This document shows positions 16,467 through 27,285 of a stretch of DNA of 62,900 nucleotides, in pieces (the first letter of the stretch is position 1; every line of letters begins with the position of its first letter). The stretch lies in IMG/VR virus record IMGVR_UViG_3300001605_000009; one strand, written 5' to 3'. The position numbers and the translations under genes were made by a program. Origin of the DNA: a virus. Its lineage: Duplodnaviria; Heunggongvirae; Uroviricota; Caudoviricetes. Under the pieces are notes generated by a model that saw only the letters and a program-made list of their open reading frames with translations, did not search any database and had not been told where the DNA came from.

Positions 16467-19400
16467 AGTACTAATAGAAGTAGTAGTTACTGATAAGGGA
16501 TTAAGGTTATCACAAAAGAACATTGATAACCTAACTGATTCAGTTGATAAATCCTCAAAAAAGACAAAAGAAGCAAAGGGATCTGCAGAAGATCTATTTA
16601 GTACTCAAAATAAGGGTATAATTGGCACGGCCAATTCAACCAAGAGCTTCTCCAAGTTAGCCCAAACCATCGGTAGCGATGGTAGTGGGTTAGTAGGCGC
16701 GTACGCCACACTAGCCGCAAATGCCTTCGCGGTGTCTGCGGCTTTTAATGCGTTAAGGTCAGCACAGCAGGCCGAAATGGTTCTACAAGGTTTAGAGGCT
16801 CAAGGAGCTAGAACAGGCAGCGCACTAACTGTGGCTGCCGATAAGATGAGAGAGATAGTAGGGTTTGGTATTAGTTCTCAGGAAGCAATGTCTGCTACGG
16901 CTCTATTTACTTCGAGCGGATTTAGGACAGAAGAACTTGAGAGACTATCAGAAGTAGCCAAAAATACATCACTAGCCTTAGGAAGAAATCTGCCAGACTC
17001 ATTAGATCGACTAATTAAAGGTACTACAAAGTTAGAACCAGAACTACTAGACGAACTAGGTATTATGACTAAACTAGGAGATGCTACGTCCGCTTACGCC
17101 TTAAAGGTTGGGAAAACTGCGAATTCCTTATCTCCTTTTGAGAGAAAACAGGCGTTCCTAAATGCAGTTCTTGCTGAAGGTGAGCTAAAGTTCGGGGGTA
17201 TCGCAGATTCAATTGATACCAACCCGTATGATAAGCTAGCTGCGGCATTTGTTAACCTAACCACAAGTAGTTTAAACTTTGTTAATAACTCAGGACTAAA
17301 AGACTTTGTAGAATTCCTATCTGAAAATACAGCAGCCTTATCTGGTGTTATATTGCTATTCGCATCAAGCATCCAGAAGAATCTATTAGGATCACTAAAT
17401 GATCTATCTACAAAGTCATCAGAGGCTGCTAAAGCCACAAAAGCTTTAGCCACTCAGGCTAAAGAAAACATTAAGACAGAAATAGACTCTGCAAAGATAT
17501 CTAGAGAAGCTGCTATAACTCAGGCTAGAAGTATCTCAATACATGAAAAGAGCGCAAAAGGTATTAAGGATAGGGCGGAAGCTCTTAAACTTGGGGCGCT
17601 GTCCGAGAAGGAATTTGAAAAGGCTATTAAGAGTAACCAACTTTCTATAGAAACTCATTCTAGGTACAGGAATAGAGAGGCATCCGAAGGAATAGATACT
17701 GCTCCAAGAGAGAAACTAATCAAAGAATTAGAGGCTCAAGGAGTAGCATTAACTAGACTTAGAAACATGGAAGTAGAGTATGCGAAAGCATCTTCTCAAG
17801 CCCAGGGAGCCTCCATCAGCAGCTTAAGAAAAGAGTATGCTCTATCTAGATCGGCTAAGGCTCAAGACGCTGCAGCTAGTGCTATACAAGCTGCATCCAA
17901 CCTAGAGCTAGGAACTTCCCTAAATAGTCTAGCTGTAGCTACTAGAAACTATAGTATAGCTGTAAAAATAGAGACAAGAGATAAACTAGCTTCCTCTACG
18001 GCTACAGGTACTTTATTAGTGGCTCAGACAGCTATGGCTAGAGGAATGGGAGCACTACAGATAGCTTCGTTTGCCGCATCTACTGGGATTAAAGCTCTAG
18101 GTGGTGCAGTACTTAGACTAATACCATACATAGGTTTAGCAATGCTAGCTATGGATGCACTTACTTCGGCGTGGGACTGGATTGCAAGTAAGATCTGGCC
18201 CGAAGGTACTAAGGCACAGAAGGAGCTTACTAAAGCTTCAGAGGAGTTCACAAAAGTACTAGAGACCCAATCAGACGCATTAGCTTACTATGCTAAGATC
18301 CAAGATAGTAGTGCTTCAGCTAGTTCTAGAGCTACTACAGCTACTATGAACCAAGCTACCTCATTAATTGAGTTAGCTGAAAGTTTTAAGCAACTGACCC
18401 AAGCTAGAAAATTAAAAGCCGAGGCAGATAGAAAGGATGCTGAATCAAACTCTCAAAATGCTGGGGGCCTACCATTTGCAGAAAGAAGATTAGTATCAGA
18501 ACCTAAAAAGTCTAGGGGATTCGATTATGGAATTACAGAATCTTCAATAGAATTTGAGCTTGGATCCAAAGTGATACAAGAAAGTTTGGACAGACTTGGT
18601 AGTTCTTTCCGAGAGCCAACAGAGGATTCGACTCAGTTAGTAGGTCAACTCAAGATACTAGCTGCTAGGTTAGGTAGAGACGGACTATCGAAAGCTATAA
18701 TAGAGTCCGTTGGTAGTTTTGAAAAATGGAAAGCCTTATCAGTAGACGATCAGTATGAGGCACTAAGTAGGGTATCGGAAAAAGTAGCAGCTAAGCAATC
18801 AAAAATTAAAGAGGCTGTAGAAGGATTGAATGGGGCCTTTACTTCTGGAGAGGCTGCTGCTAGCAAGTTTTTTAAGGACGCCATTGGTAGCACCCCATTT
18901 GATGATATTGTAGTATCCTTCGAGCAGATAAATAGTAATATTAGGACTCTGGCAAGAGAGGGGAAGACTGCTACTGAGCAGCTACAGCTAATATCAGGTA
19001 TTGGCTCAGAACTACAAAAGTTCTTATCACCAAAGGACTCCTCACTATTAGATACATTGAAAGAGGCTGATTCCCTATATCAGAGCCTTGTTGGTAGGGA
19101 AAAAGATCTGGTTGGCGTAGAGAAGATAAGATTTGATCAGGCAAAAGCTACACTTAGTAATAGTGAAGGGAACTTACAAAAGCTATCTGCTGCCCTAGAG
19201 CTGGCAGAGTCAGAAAATAGACTAAGACAAGCTTCAGTAGCTTTAGCTAAGGCACAAGCTAGTGTTATTCAGGCCCAACAATCTAAATATGCTGAGTTTC
19301 TTAGCAGGACTGCAGCAGGCCAAAAAGCTCAAGTACTTGCACAAAGAGAAATCAATAGTCTGAACGTAGCAGCACAAAAAGCCCAGAAGGCCGTTCTAGA

Positions 19401-21663
19401 AAATATGATAGCTCAGGAAGAGTCTAAACTAAGAGCTATCGAGCACGAACTACACGAACTAGAAGCTAAGCAAGAAACATTAGCATTAGATGAACAGAAA
19501 ACCTTAGAGTATGCTAAACAATACGAAATAATGCTAAAAATGGCCCAAGGTGTATCTGGGCCTCTTATGGGGAGTGGTGGGTATATTCAGAATAACACTG
19601 ATGAAAACCAATACTTAAAAGATGCACAAGCAAACATGAACTCCTCAGCAGAAAGAGCTAAGGAACTACAAGAAAGAGCTAAAGCTATAGGTAATAGCAT
19701 GAGAGCCTCTAAGCTCCAAGTAGAAGCATTAAGGCTCGCGATAGAAGCTGCTACTACTAGTAGCTTGACAAACGCACAGATAGCGGCTAAGAACGCCTCT
19801 GATAAGATTGCTGATGAGGAGAAAAGAGCAGCGCTTCTAAGACAAACGGCAGCTGAGGAAAGAAAAACTCTGGACTTAGATAACAAACTCGTAGCTACAA
19901 AGTCAGGATTACTAGACGGGGTAGACTATAAAGTTAGAGTATTAGGAAACTCTCAGATGGATATAGTAGATTCCTGGAAGGAGATCAACTCACAGATAGC
20001 TATTAATAATGGAGAAATAGAAAGAGCTAAGAGCATTTTAGTTGGAGCTTCTGGAGCAGATGCAGCAGGACTACGTGCAGCAATTGATCTACTGGAGAAT
20101 ACAAATCAACAGCTAGATATTCAGGTTAAGAGCAAGATAGCTCAGCAGGATTTAACTCAAAAGATTGCCTTAGCAGAGATATTTGGACTTAATACACTAG
20201 AAGAAAAATCAGCAGCTCAACGAGAAATCCTAGACCTAGCCCAAAAAGAGCTAGATATATATCAAGAGCTACAGAGTATAAAGTACGCTAATGATAATGA
20301 GAAGAGAGATACGCTCTCCAGTATTACAGGAGTTACTTTAAATAATGAGGTTAGAGACGCAGCTAATGCTCTCAGAATAGCTAAAGAAACTTCTGAGTTA
20401 AGAATACAGACTATCAATCTAGAGTACGATCTGCTAGAGAGGCAAAGACAACAGAGACAGGATGAGTATACCAAGAAAGCTGAATTAGCTTATCAAACAG
20501 GTGATTTAGACAAGGCCGTGGAGTTAACTGGACTAGCTGAGCAAACCAAAGCTGGACAGAACTTAATAGCGGACGCCAGAGCCAGTGCTGTTGGTGCTAT
20601 AACTGCTAATACTGAGCAGAAAGAGCTAGCCCTATCAAAAGCTAGAATAATGGAACATACTAATGTTCTTCTAGAAAACTTCAAAAAGCTAGGGCCTGAC
20701 GGTGAAGCTGCTGCTACTATATTTTCTGGTATGACTACTATCACTTTCGCTGTTACTGACGCCTTCAAGGCTATAGGTGCTGAAGGGGCAACTACAGCTG
20801 ACAAAATAGGTGCAATAGCAGGAGCTGCGTCGGCGGCTATTGGTGCTGTAGCCTCAATGCTTAGCTCGATTAGTAATGCCAAAATAGCAAGTATTGATAA
20901 AGAAATCGCAGCCGAAGACAAACGTGATGGAAAGTCAGCACAGAGCGTCGCAAAGCTAGAAGCTTTAGAGAAGAAGAAAGATACTATAGCTAGAAAAGCC
21001 TTTAATACCAATAAAAAACTCATGATGGCACAAGCAGTCATGAGTACCGCAGCTGGTGTTGCAGGGGCTCTGGCCTCTTCTGGGACTATAGGCCCAGTAG
21101 CTGCCGCTATTATGGCTGGTGTTATTGGTGCTATGGGTGTTGCTCAAATTGCTATAATATCTGGGACTCAGTATGAGAGCAGTGCAGCGGCTAAGTCTGT
21201 AGCAACTCCATCCTCAATCTCTATAGGTAAACGCTCCGACACTGTAGACCTGGCTAAGGGTCCAAATGCTAACGCAGGAGGAGAGGCTGGATATCTACGC
21301 GGATCACAAGGTAGTGGTTCAAATGCCTCAAACTACAATACGGTAGGCTCCGCCTACGGTGGTAAAGACCTAATGAGAGGTTATGGTAATAGAGGGTTTA
21401 TTGTTGGTGAAAAGGGTCCTGAAAGGATTAACCCAGAAACACCTATATCAGTAACACCAGCCAACGATGTTGGCACTCAACAGCCATTGACTGCTACATT
21501 CAATATACAAGCTCTTGACTCTTCTGGAGTTCAGGACCTTCTAGTAGCTCAGAAGGGTAACATAATCAAAATGCTAAGAGACGCAGCTAACGCCTCTGGT
21601 AAATCGTTCATGGAAGACGTCAATACTAACGTCTATCTAAGACCCGGAGTAGGAAAACTATAA
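16453..21663 (+). CDS. tape measure protein
   Basis: 1736 aa, Ala/Glu/Lys-rich helical, hydrophobic segments, C-terminal VGEKGPE motif. Confidence 0.93.
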   Translation: MADNKVLIEVVVTDKGLRLSQKNIDNLTDSVDKSSKKTKEAKGSAEDLFSTQNKGIIGTANSTKSFSKLAQTIGSDGSGLVGAYATLAANAFAVSAAFNALRSAQQAEMVLQGLEAQGARTGSALTVAADKMREIVGFGISSQEAMSATALFTSSGFRTEELERLSEVAKNTSLALGRNLPDSLDRLIKGTTKLEPELLDELGIMTKLGDATSAYALKVGKTANSLSPFERKQAFLNAVLAEGELKFGGIADSIDTNPYDKLAAAFVNLTTSSLNFVNNSGLKDFVEFLSENTAALSGVILLFASSIQKNLLGSLNDLSTKSSEAAKATKALATQAKENIKTEIDSAKISREAAITQARSISIHEKSAKGIKDRAEALKLGALSEKEFEKAIKSNQLSIETHSRYRNREASEGIDTAPREKLIKELEAQGVALTRLRNMEVEYAKASSQAQGASISSLRKEYALSRSAKAQDAAASAIQAASNLELGTSLNSLAVATRNYSIAVKIETRDKLASSTATGTLLVAQTAMARGMGALQIASFAASTGIKALGGAVLRLIPYIGLAMLAMDALTSAWDWIASKIWPEGTKAQKELTKASEEFTKVLETQSDALAYYAKIQDSSASASSRATTATMNQATSLIELAESFKQLTQARKLKAEADRKDAESNSQNAGGLPFAERRLVSEPKKSRGFDYGITESSIEFELGSKVIQESLDRLGSSFREPTEDSTQLVGQLKILAARLGRDGLSKAIIESVGSFEKWKALSVDDQYEALSRVSEKVAAKQSKIKEAVEGLNGAFTSGEAAASKFFKDAIGSTPFDDIVVSFEQINSNIRTLAREGKTATEQLQLISGIGSELQKFLSPKDSSLLDTLKEADSLYQSLVGREKDLVGVEKIRFDQAKATLSNSEGNLQKLSAALELAESENRLRQASVALAKAQASVIQAQQSKYAEFLSRTAAGQKAQVLAQREINSLNVAAQKAQKAVLENMIAQEESKLRAIEHELHELEAKQETLALDEQKTLEYAKQYEIMLKMAQGVSGPLMGSGGYIQNNTDENQYLKDAQANMNSSAERAKELQERAKAIGNSMRASKLQVEALRLAIEAATTSSLTNAQIAAKNASDKIADEEKRAALLRQTAAEERKTLDLDNKLVATKSGLLDGVDYKVRVLGNSQMDIVDSWKEINSQIAINNGEIERAKSILVGASGADAAGLRAAIDLLENTNQQLDIQVKSKIAQQDLTQKIALAEIFGLNTLEEKSAAQREILDLAQKELDIYQELQSIKYANDNEKRDTLSSITGVTLNNEVRDAANALRIAKETSELRIQTINLEYDLLERQRQQRQDEYTKKAELAYQTGDLDKAVELTGLAEQTKAGQNLIADARASAVGAITANTEQKELALSKARIMEHTNVLLENFKKLGPDGEAAATIFSGMTTITFAVTDAFKAIGAEGATTADKIGAIAGAASAAIGAVASMLSSISNAKIASIDKEIAAEDKRDGKSAQSVAKLEALEKKKDTIARKAFNTNKKLMMAQAVMSTAAGVAGALASSGTIGPVAAAIMAGVIGAMGVAQIAIISGTQYESSAAAKSVATPSSISIGKRSDTVDLAKGPNANAGGEAGYLRGSQGSGSNASNYNTVGSAYGGKDLMRGYGNRGFIVGEKGPERINPETPISVTPANDVGTQQPLTATFNIQALDSSGVQDLLVAQKGNIIKMLRDAANASGKSFMEDVNTNVYLRPGVGKL

Positions 21664-21670
21664 GCTATAT

Positions 21671-21716
21671 AAGTACTACCAAAATAGTTCTTGAGCTGTT
21701 TTGGTAGTACTTTTTT
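21671..21716 (+). terminator. intrinsic terminator after tape measure gene
   Basis: 14-bp stem AAGTACTACCAAAA/TTTTGGTAGTACTT then T-run. Confidence 0.75.
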
Positions 21717-21717
21717 C

Positions 21718-21746
21718 TTGACATGTGTAACAATTTATGTTACAAT
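21718..21746 (+). promoter_or_regulatory. sigma70-like promoter
   Basis: TTGACA-17 nt-TACAAT. Confidence 0.8.
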
Positions 21747-21751
21747 TAGAA

Positions 21752-22375
21752 ATGTGGACAGATGAAGAAACTCAAATTCTAGTGAATAATTATGTTAATA
21801 AAGGACCTAGCTACTGTGGGCTGTATATAGATAAAAGTAATGCATGCATCAGAGCTAAAGCTAAGAGACTTGGACTAAAAATGGCTAAGCCATCAAATAA
21901 ACAGAAAACCTCAATGGAGTATGAAATGGAGGTAATGTGCAGAGACCTCCCACTATTTCCAGTAGAGGAATATATAACGGCCCATACCCCAATACTGCAT
22001 GAGTGTTTTGAGGGACATCTATGGAAAACAACCCCTACCAGGATACTTAGCGGTAAAGGGTGCCCGTCCTGTGCTAGTGTAGGTTTTAACCCGTTTATCC
22101 CTGCCATTTTATACTATATCTACATTGATAAAGGCAATCTACAATACTATAAAATAGGAATAACTAATAACTCTATTAAGAGTAGATTTGGGTCAGATAT
22201 TAAGTATATAAGAGTAGTACGAGAGGTGCTATATGAACAGGGTGCTAAGGCTATGGCAGAGGAGAGGAGAATACTTAACAAGTATTCCCAGTTTAGACAA
22301 AATATACCGGAGTTACTAGTATCCGGAGGCAACACCGAGTTATTTGAGTTCGATGTTCTTGGATTAGATAAATAA
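21752..22375 (+). mobile_element. free-standing homing-endonuclease-like gene (zinc ribbon plus GIY-YIG-like); true start probably 21752
   Basis: MWTDEE..L Myb-like N-terminus, TPILHEC..GH.W..CPSC repeat, YYIY..YKIGIT, GNTELF; ATG 21737 overlaps the -10 box. Confidence 0.7.
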
Positions 22376-22376
22376 T

Positions 22377-23090
22377 ATGCCAGCTTTTGCAAACTTCTCG
22401 GATCTCTTACCAGATCCTAATAACAAAATTAATAACGCTGGTGTGGTAGATGCAGCCGGTAGTGCCGGACCAGGATTTGCCAAAATTAGATTCTCTTCTG
22501 AGAATACTACCCAGGTGTCTAGAACAATAAGCGGTAGAGGAATCACGTCATCTCCTAGCTTTCACAGCTGGGCATTTGATATCTCCTATAATCCAATGAC
22601 AAGAGCAGAGTTTGATCCAGTAGGTGCATTCCTAGAAGGGCGTAGAGGTAGACTATACCCGTTCTATGTTATTCTTCCTCAACATGCTGGACCAAAAGAT
22701 GCTACTTTTGCCTCAAACACACTCACTGCCTCCGGAACTACAGCGGGATCTCCGACTCTTATGCTTAATGGTGTAAATACCGGAAACCCAAGTCCTGGGG
22801 ACTTCTTCAATATAAATGATGCAGCAGACGTTAATCATAAAAAGACCTATAAAGTAATTCGTGTAGAGACGAGCTCTGACTATAAAACTGGCCTACTACC
22901 TATACCCACTACCACACAGAGACGTGTATGGGTACATCCGCCAATATCAAGAACTGTATCTCCTAACGCCCCAGTAACTTTTGTTAACCCAAAGTTTAGA
23001 GTTACTCTAAAAGGAGACGTAATGGAGTACGAGTTAGATACTGATAACCTATATCAGTTCTCACTGTCACTGGAAGAAATTTTACCATGA
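22377..23090 (+). CDS. distal tail protein (Dit, T5 pb9-like)
   Basis: GPGFAK..F.S, W.FDISYNPM.R.EF, F.L..LPQ; between tape measure and hub. Confidence 0.8.
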   Translation: MPAFANFSDLLPDPNNKINNAGVVDAAGSAGPGFAKIRFSSENTTQVSRTISGRGITSSPSFHSWAFDISYNPMTRAEFDPVGAFLEGRRGRLYPFYVILPQHAGPKDATFASNTLTASGTTAGSPTLMLNGVNTGNPSPGDFFNINDAADVNHKKTYKVIRVETSSDYKTGLLPIPTTTQRRVWVHPPISRTVSPNAPVTFVNPKFRVTLKGDVMEYELDTDNLYQFSLSLEEILP

Positions 23091-26000
23091 GCCTAAAAGA
23101 GAGACCAGTATCAGCAGCACTAAAGACACTGCTAGTAAATAACCAACCATATCAGTATGCCCATCTTATTAAGTTCGAAAGGCCGTCCAGGCCGGAAGCT
23201 CTTTCTGGTAGGATTTCCACTTCAAAACAACGCTACACATACCTAACAGATGCTAGTATTAACGTAGTATTTGATGATGGAAGCAAGGATTTAACTGGTA
23301 CCGCTAATGGTGGACAAGTATACCTAGCAAATAAAGTTCTTAGCGTTGGCTCCATTCAGGAGCAAACAAAAGCCACAACATCTAATACTAGCCTAGTGTT
23401 AGATGGAAATGCTCTTGGTGCCTTTGTAAGTGGTGCTGCTACAATCTCACTAGTTTCTGCTGGTGTATGGGATATTGTTTATGCAGCCCCAATCTCCCTC
23501 GACGACCTTCTAGCCGAAGGTTTCAGAGAGGGCGATAAAGTTAATGTAAATGGTATCCCAGTCAATATTGATAGCTTCCGTGCTGGTAATGCGTTACGTG
23601 TAAACAAGGTAGATACTAATCTTACTCCAGGAACACAAACAACCGAACTAAAGCTAGCTTCAGAGGAAATCATTAGCGTACTACTAGACAAGACTTCCTC
23701 TGAGTATGCTTCCTTTATTAACCGAGAGGTATTCATTTATAGAGGGTACTTTAGTGAAGGTGTAATCGTAGGAAGCCCAGAATGTGTGTTCAAAGGAATT
23801 ATTAATGGTGTATCCTTCGAGGACTCAGAAACAGGTATTAAAGTGTCGTGGTCCCTTTCTAGTCACTGGGCAGACTTCGCCCAAGTAAGGGGAAGAGTAA
23901 CCTCAGACTCAGCGCATCGAGCACTAGATTCTAATGGGGTGCCTCAAGTGTCTTCTGCGCTAAAGCCTATTTATGCCTATGATAAAGGATTTATTCATGC
24001 TGAAACATCAGTTAATATGCTTACTAAGTATGTTGTACAGGTAGAGAAGCAGGACGTAAAGTCCAAGAAGGGTGTTCTAGGCATTGGTGCTAGCGTTAAA
24101 GTAAAGAAATATTACGTGCCCGAGGACCGATTTACTAACCTAGACTTTCAAATTCAAGCTAAGTCAATTCCAGTAATATATGGAGTAAGAAAAACCGATT
24201 CGATTCCTATCTTTGCTGATACACTAAAAACTAATAGTGCTGAAGTTTATGCAGCCTCTGTTATTTGTGAAGGTGAAATAGGCGGTATTTATGATATAAT
24301 TATAAATGGCAATAGTCTAATCTGTAATGATAAAGCGGACTCTGACGCACGAGGACAGCAAACCGCTGATAACACCGTAGAGGTTGTATGTCGTGGTAGG
24401 GCAGATAGGGGCGACGTTCTAGGAGGATTATCTGGTGTAGTTAACTCTCCTTACCAGTTCTTTACAGCTGCTGGGGAAAGATATTCTTTAATTAATCCAG
24501 AGCTAGCTAACTTCCCCGGTATGTGGAGAATGCTAGGATATAGCACTCCTGCCCCTATCTATAGCTTCAATAACTATGGAATACTAGACGGAGAGAGCCT
24601 AACACTAACCGAACCTTCTAGTATGACACTAGATATATTTACTGGTAAGGCTGGACAAAAGGCATCCACTCAGCTATCTAAAATAGCGTTTGATAAGAAC
24701 TTTAAAATACAAAACTCTTACTGGACTTCGAGCAATACTTACGAGTACTGGGGACCTAATCATAGACTACTAGATACGGCATATGTTGTTGGTAGGTTTA
24801 CAATCTCAGAGGGTGAAACCACTATTCCAGAGATAAGCTTTGTTGTAAGAGGTAAAGTAACTAATTGCTATAACTATGATTATAGCTTCTTACACGATAC
24901 TAAGGCTACAACTGAGTCTGCGGATAATTTTGCACTAGGTGATGATATTACGCTATGGAGAAGTGATACTAACGTACAGATTAATTCGGCACAAATCATA
25001 GATAAATGGACCTTTATTAATCCAGATGGAACCTCAAATACTCGGTTTAGATTCAGCGTTACGCCCTCACTAAACTATTCTAGTGAGGGTAAGCCTGGAA
25101 TTACAAAGTTCTATATGAGAAACGCAGGTGGTAACACCTGGACTATGGTTACTCATAACTATAATATATTAGGTGCAGAATATGCTGATGCTGGAAAGGT
25201 ATTTGTTAGAGACTCTACAGTATCTCAAATTTCTGCGTTCTCTAACAACTCTACGCAACTAGCAATGACATTCGCTAGCAATACGCAGATGACCATTACT
25301 AGCGGAACAGTAGAGACCTCTCCTCTATTCCAGATGACTAGACTAGTTAATGGGTCATACGAACCTATACCTAATACACAGACATTTACCTCTGCCCTAT
25401 TATCAGGTACAGTATCTGCCACCTCATTAGTTAGTAACTTCCCATTTGCTGAGTACTCTGCCCAAGCGTCAGCTATTCTAGCAGGTGGAGCCACTTACTT
25501 AGCATCAAAGAACACAGTAAGACTTCCAGCTAGTGCTTCCGCTACTGTGGACTTTTATAAAGGATACATGGCGGAGATCACTAGGTATAACTCTACTACT
25601 GGTAAGAGCCTAATACAGGTCGGAGAAATAACTGGCTACAGTGGTAGCACAACACAAGTAGCTACTATTGACGGTATTTGGGACTTCATACCCACTAGTA
25701 CAGATACCATCAGAGTGTACCCTAAGTATGCAGATGGTCGCATCAGTATAAACCCAGCAATACAGACTCTAGACTATATCTCTTCTACAACATATGGTAA
25801 GGGTATGGACCCTTATAAAGATTTGGATCTACCTTCTTGGCTAGAAACAGCCAGAAAGTGTGATACAAGATCGGATATTACAGTATTACTATCTACAGGA
25901 AGTGTAGTAGTAAACGACGTATACAAATATACTAATACTGCGGGTAAGATAATCTGGCAAGGGAAGGTAGCTTCAGTTTCTGGTAGCTATGTTACTTTTA

Positions 26001-26290
26001 CTGATATAATAGGTAAGCTAACTAACAAGTGGAACTCTTGGAAACAATTTAAGGAGAAGGAAGTAGTCTATAACTCTTCTGGTGCTTTATATGTGATAAA
26101 CACAGCCAACGTATATCCTGTGGAACCAGTTTCTGGAGCTATACCAGTAGGTATGTCAGCTATTGGTACGTTTACCCTAACAAGAGTATCTGGAACTGGG
26201 GGCGCTACAGTAACTCTTAATACTACTTCTGGAAACCCAGTGCAGGGTATTAAAAACTGGACAAAAGATCTCTGGATACTCTATATATGA
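23087..26290 (+). CDS. baseplate hub / tail tip protein (T5 pb3-like), N-terminal fragment
   Basis: IPVIYG, ICEGEIGG, P.ISF.VRGK motifs of gpJ/pb3-type hubs; reading frame lost near 26252. Confidence 0.8.
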   Translation: MSLKERPVSAALKTLLVNNQPYQYAHLIKFERPSRPEALSGRISTSKQRYTYLTDASINVVFDDGSKDLTGTANGGQVYLANKVLSVGSIQEQTKATTSNTSLVLDGNALGAFVSGAATISLVSAGVWDIVYAAPISLDDLLAEGFREGDKVNVNGIPVNIDSFRAGNALRVNKVDTNLTPGTQTTELKLASEEIISVLLDKTSSEYASFINREVFIYRGYFSEGVIVGSPECVFKGIINGVSFEDSETGIKVSWSLSSHWADFAQVRGRVTSDSAHRALDSNGVPQVSSALKPIYAYDKGFIHAETSVNMLTKYVVQVEKQDVKSKKGVLGIGASVKVKKYYVPEDRFTNLDFQIQAKSIPVIYGVRKTDSIPIFADTLKTNSAEVYAASVICEGEIGGIYDIIINGNSLICNDKADSDARGQQTADNTVEVVCRGRADRGDVLGGLSGVVNSPYQFFTAAGERYSLINPELANFPGMWRMLGYSTPAPIYSFNNYGILDGESLTLTEPSSMTLDIFTGKAGQKASTQLSKIAFDKNFKIQNSYWTSSNTYEYWGPNHRLLDTAYVVGRFTISEGETTIPEISFVVRGKVTNCYNYDYSFLHDTKATTESADNFALGDDITLWRSDTNVQINSAQIIDKWTFINPDGTSNTRFRFSVTPSLNYSSEGKPGITKFYMRNAGGNTWTMVTHNYNILGAEYADAGKVFVRDSTVSQISAFSNNSTQLAMTFASNTQMTITSGTVETSPLFQMTRLVNGSYEPIPNTQTFTSALLSGTVSATSLVSNFPFAEYSAQASAILAGGATYLASKNTVRLPASASATVDFYKGYMAEITRYNSTTGKSLIQVGEITGYSGSTTQVATIDGIWDFIPTSTDTIRVYPKYADGRISINPAIQTLDYISSTTYGKGMDPYKDLDLPSWLETARKCDTRSDITVLLSTGSVVVNDVYKYTNTAGKIIWQGKVASVSGSYVTFTDIIGKLTNKWNSWKQFKEKEVVYNSSGALYVINTANVYPVEPVSGAIPVGMSAIGTFTLTRVSGTGGATVTLNTTSGNPVQGIKNWTKDLWILYI

Positions 26291-26315
26291 TTGTGATGAT
26301 ATTAATTACTGGAAG

Positions 26316-26849
26316 ATGAGTGGATGGGACGAGCATGCTCAGCGTTACGCCACTAAGAACCAATGCAACATAACTATTGATACATCTGCCCCATTATTTG
26401 ATAATATTAATGGATTGCTAGATCACTATAATGGTATATTAAGGTACACTTCTGGTAAGTATTACTTAGACTTAGAGGAGCAGGAACCAGATATTCTTAC
26501 TACTGATATTAGAACTATTACAGTCGATGACATAGTAGGAAAGATTCAGTTAAGTGACGAAGGAACTAGATCAGCGTTTAACTCTTTAACAGCTTCATTC
26601 GCAGATCCTGCCAATAAGTTCGAGGCTAGAAATGTTAGCTTCTTCAACTCAGAATATCTAAAAGCTGATAGAAATGTTCCTAAGAAGGGTAATCTATCCA
26701 TTCCTGGAATAACCAATTACTATAATACTAGGGCGTTGGCTGATGGATTCCTTAATAAATCTAGGTTCGGTTTAACAGTCAATGTTACTATAAGACCTTC
26801 TGGGTTCCTGCTGTTAGCTAGGCACCGTAATACAGATAGTATATCCTAG
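26316..26849 (+). CDS. baseplate hub, middle fragment (+1 frame)
   Basis: frame open from about 26250 (KTGQKISGYSIYDCDDINYWKMSGWDEH); SFADPANKF, ITNYY motifs. Confidence 0.7.
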   Translation: MSGWDEHAQRYATKNQCNITIDTSAPLFDNINGLLDHYNGILRYTSGKYYLDLEEQEPDILTTDIRTITVDDIVGKIQLSDEGTRSAFNSLTASFADPANKFEARNVSFFNSEYLKADRNVPKKGNLSIPGITNYYNTRALADGFLNKSRFGLTVNVTIRPSGFLLLARHRNTDSIS

Positions 26850-27285
26850 ATATGACTGGGGGAGTCCCGGAAAGAAATTTAGAATAGAGTCTATTCAGTA
26901 TCAACCAGATGGTCTAGTAGATATTGTAGCCAAAGAGTATGATGATAGCTTTTATACTGCGTCTAATATTAGACGAGTGGGAGGCACAGGCGCCACTACA
27001 GTACCAACAACCTCCACTCCTTCTAGTCCGGAAGCGCTAACAGCGTCCCAGACTCAGTATAATCAAATAATCCTAACTTGGACGCCAGGTCCAGACGCGG
27101 GACCTGGTAGCTACACGGAGATATGGAGATCAGAAGATAACGACTTCAATAATGCCACCATACTGGCACTAGTGCCAGTTATACCTGGTGAAACAAACAC
27201 ATATGTGGATGCAGTGTCTCCGCAAGTTTCAGTAGGGCCTTATATCTCTAAGTTCTACTGGATTAGACGTAAGGTAATTAATTAA
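26821..27285 (+). CDS. baseplate hub, C-terminal FnIII-like fragment (+1 frame again)
   Basis: frame open from 26818 (GTVIQIVYPRYDWGSPGKKFRIES..AKEYDDS..LTWTP..YTEIWRS..FYWIR). Confidence 0.7.
   Translation, partial: GTVIQIVYPRYDWGSPGKKFRIESIQYQPDGLVDIVAKEYDDSFYTASNIRRVGGTGATTVPTTSTPSSPEALTASQTQYNQIILTWTPGPDAGPGSYTEIWRSEDNDFNNATILALVPVIPGETNTYVDAVSPQVSVGPYISKFYWIRRKVIN

Noticed and set aside
21737-21751. ORF-track start ATG 21737 for the endonuclease
   Set aside because: It overlaps the -10 box of the gene's own promoter; ATG 21752 fits better
26240-27285. Stop-codon reassignment as cause of the broken hub gene
   Set aside because: The breaks are frame changes, not in-frame stops; TAG, TAA and TGA all end normal genes elsewhere in the window; no suppressor tRNA seen
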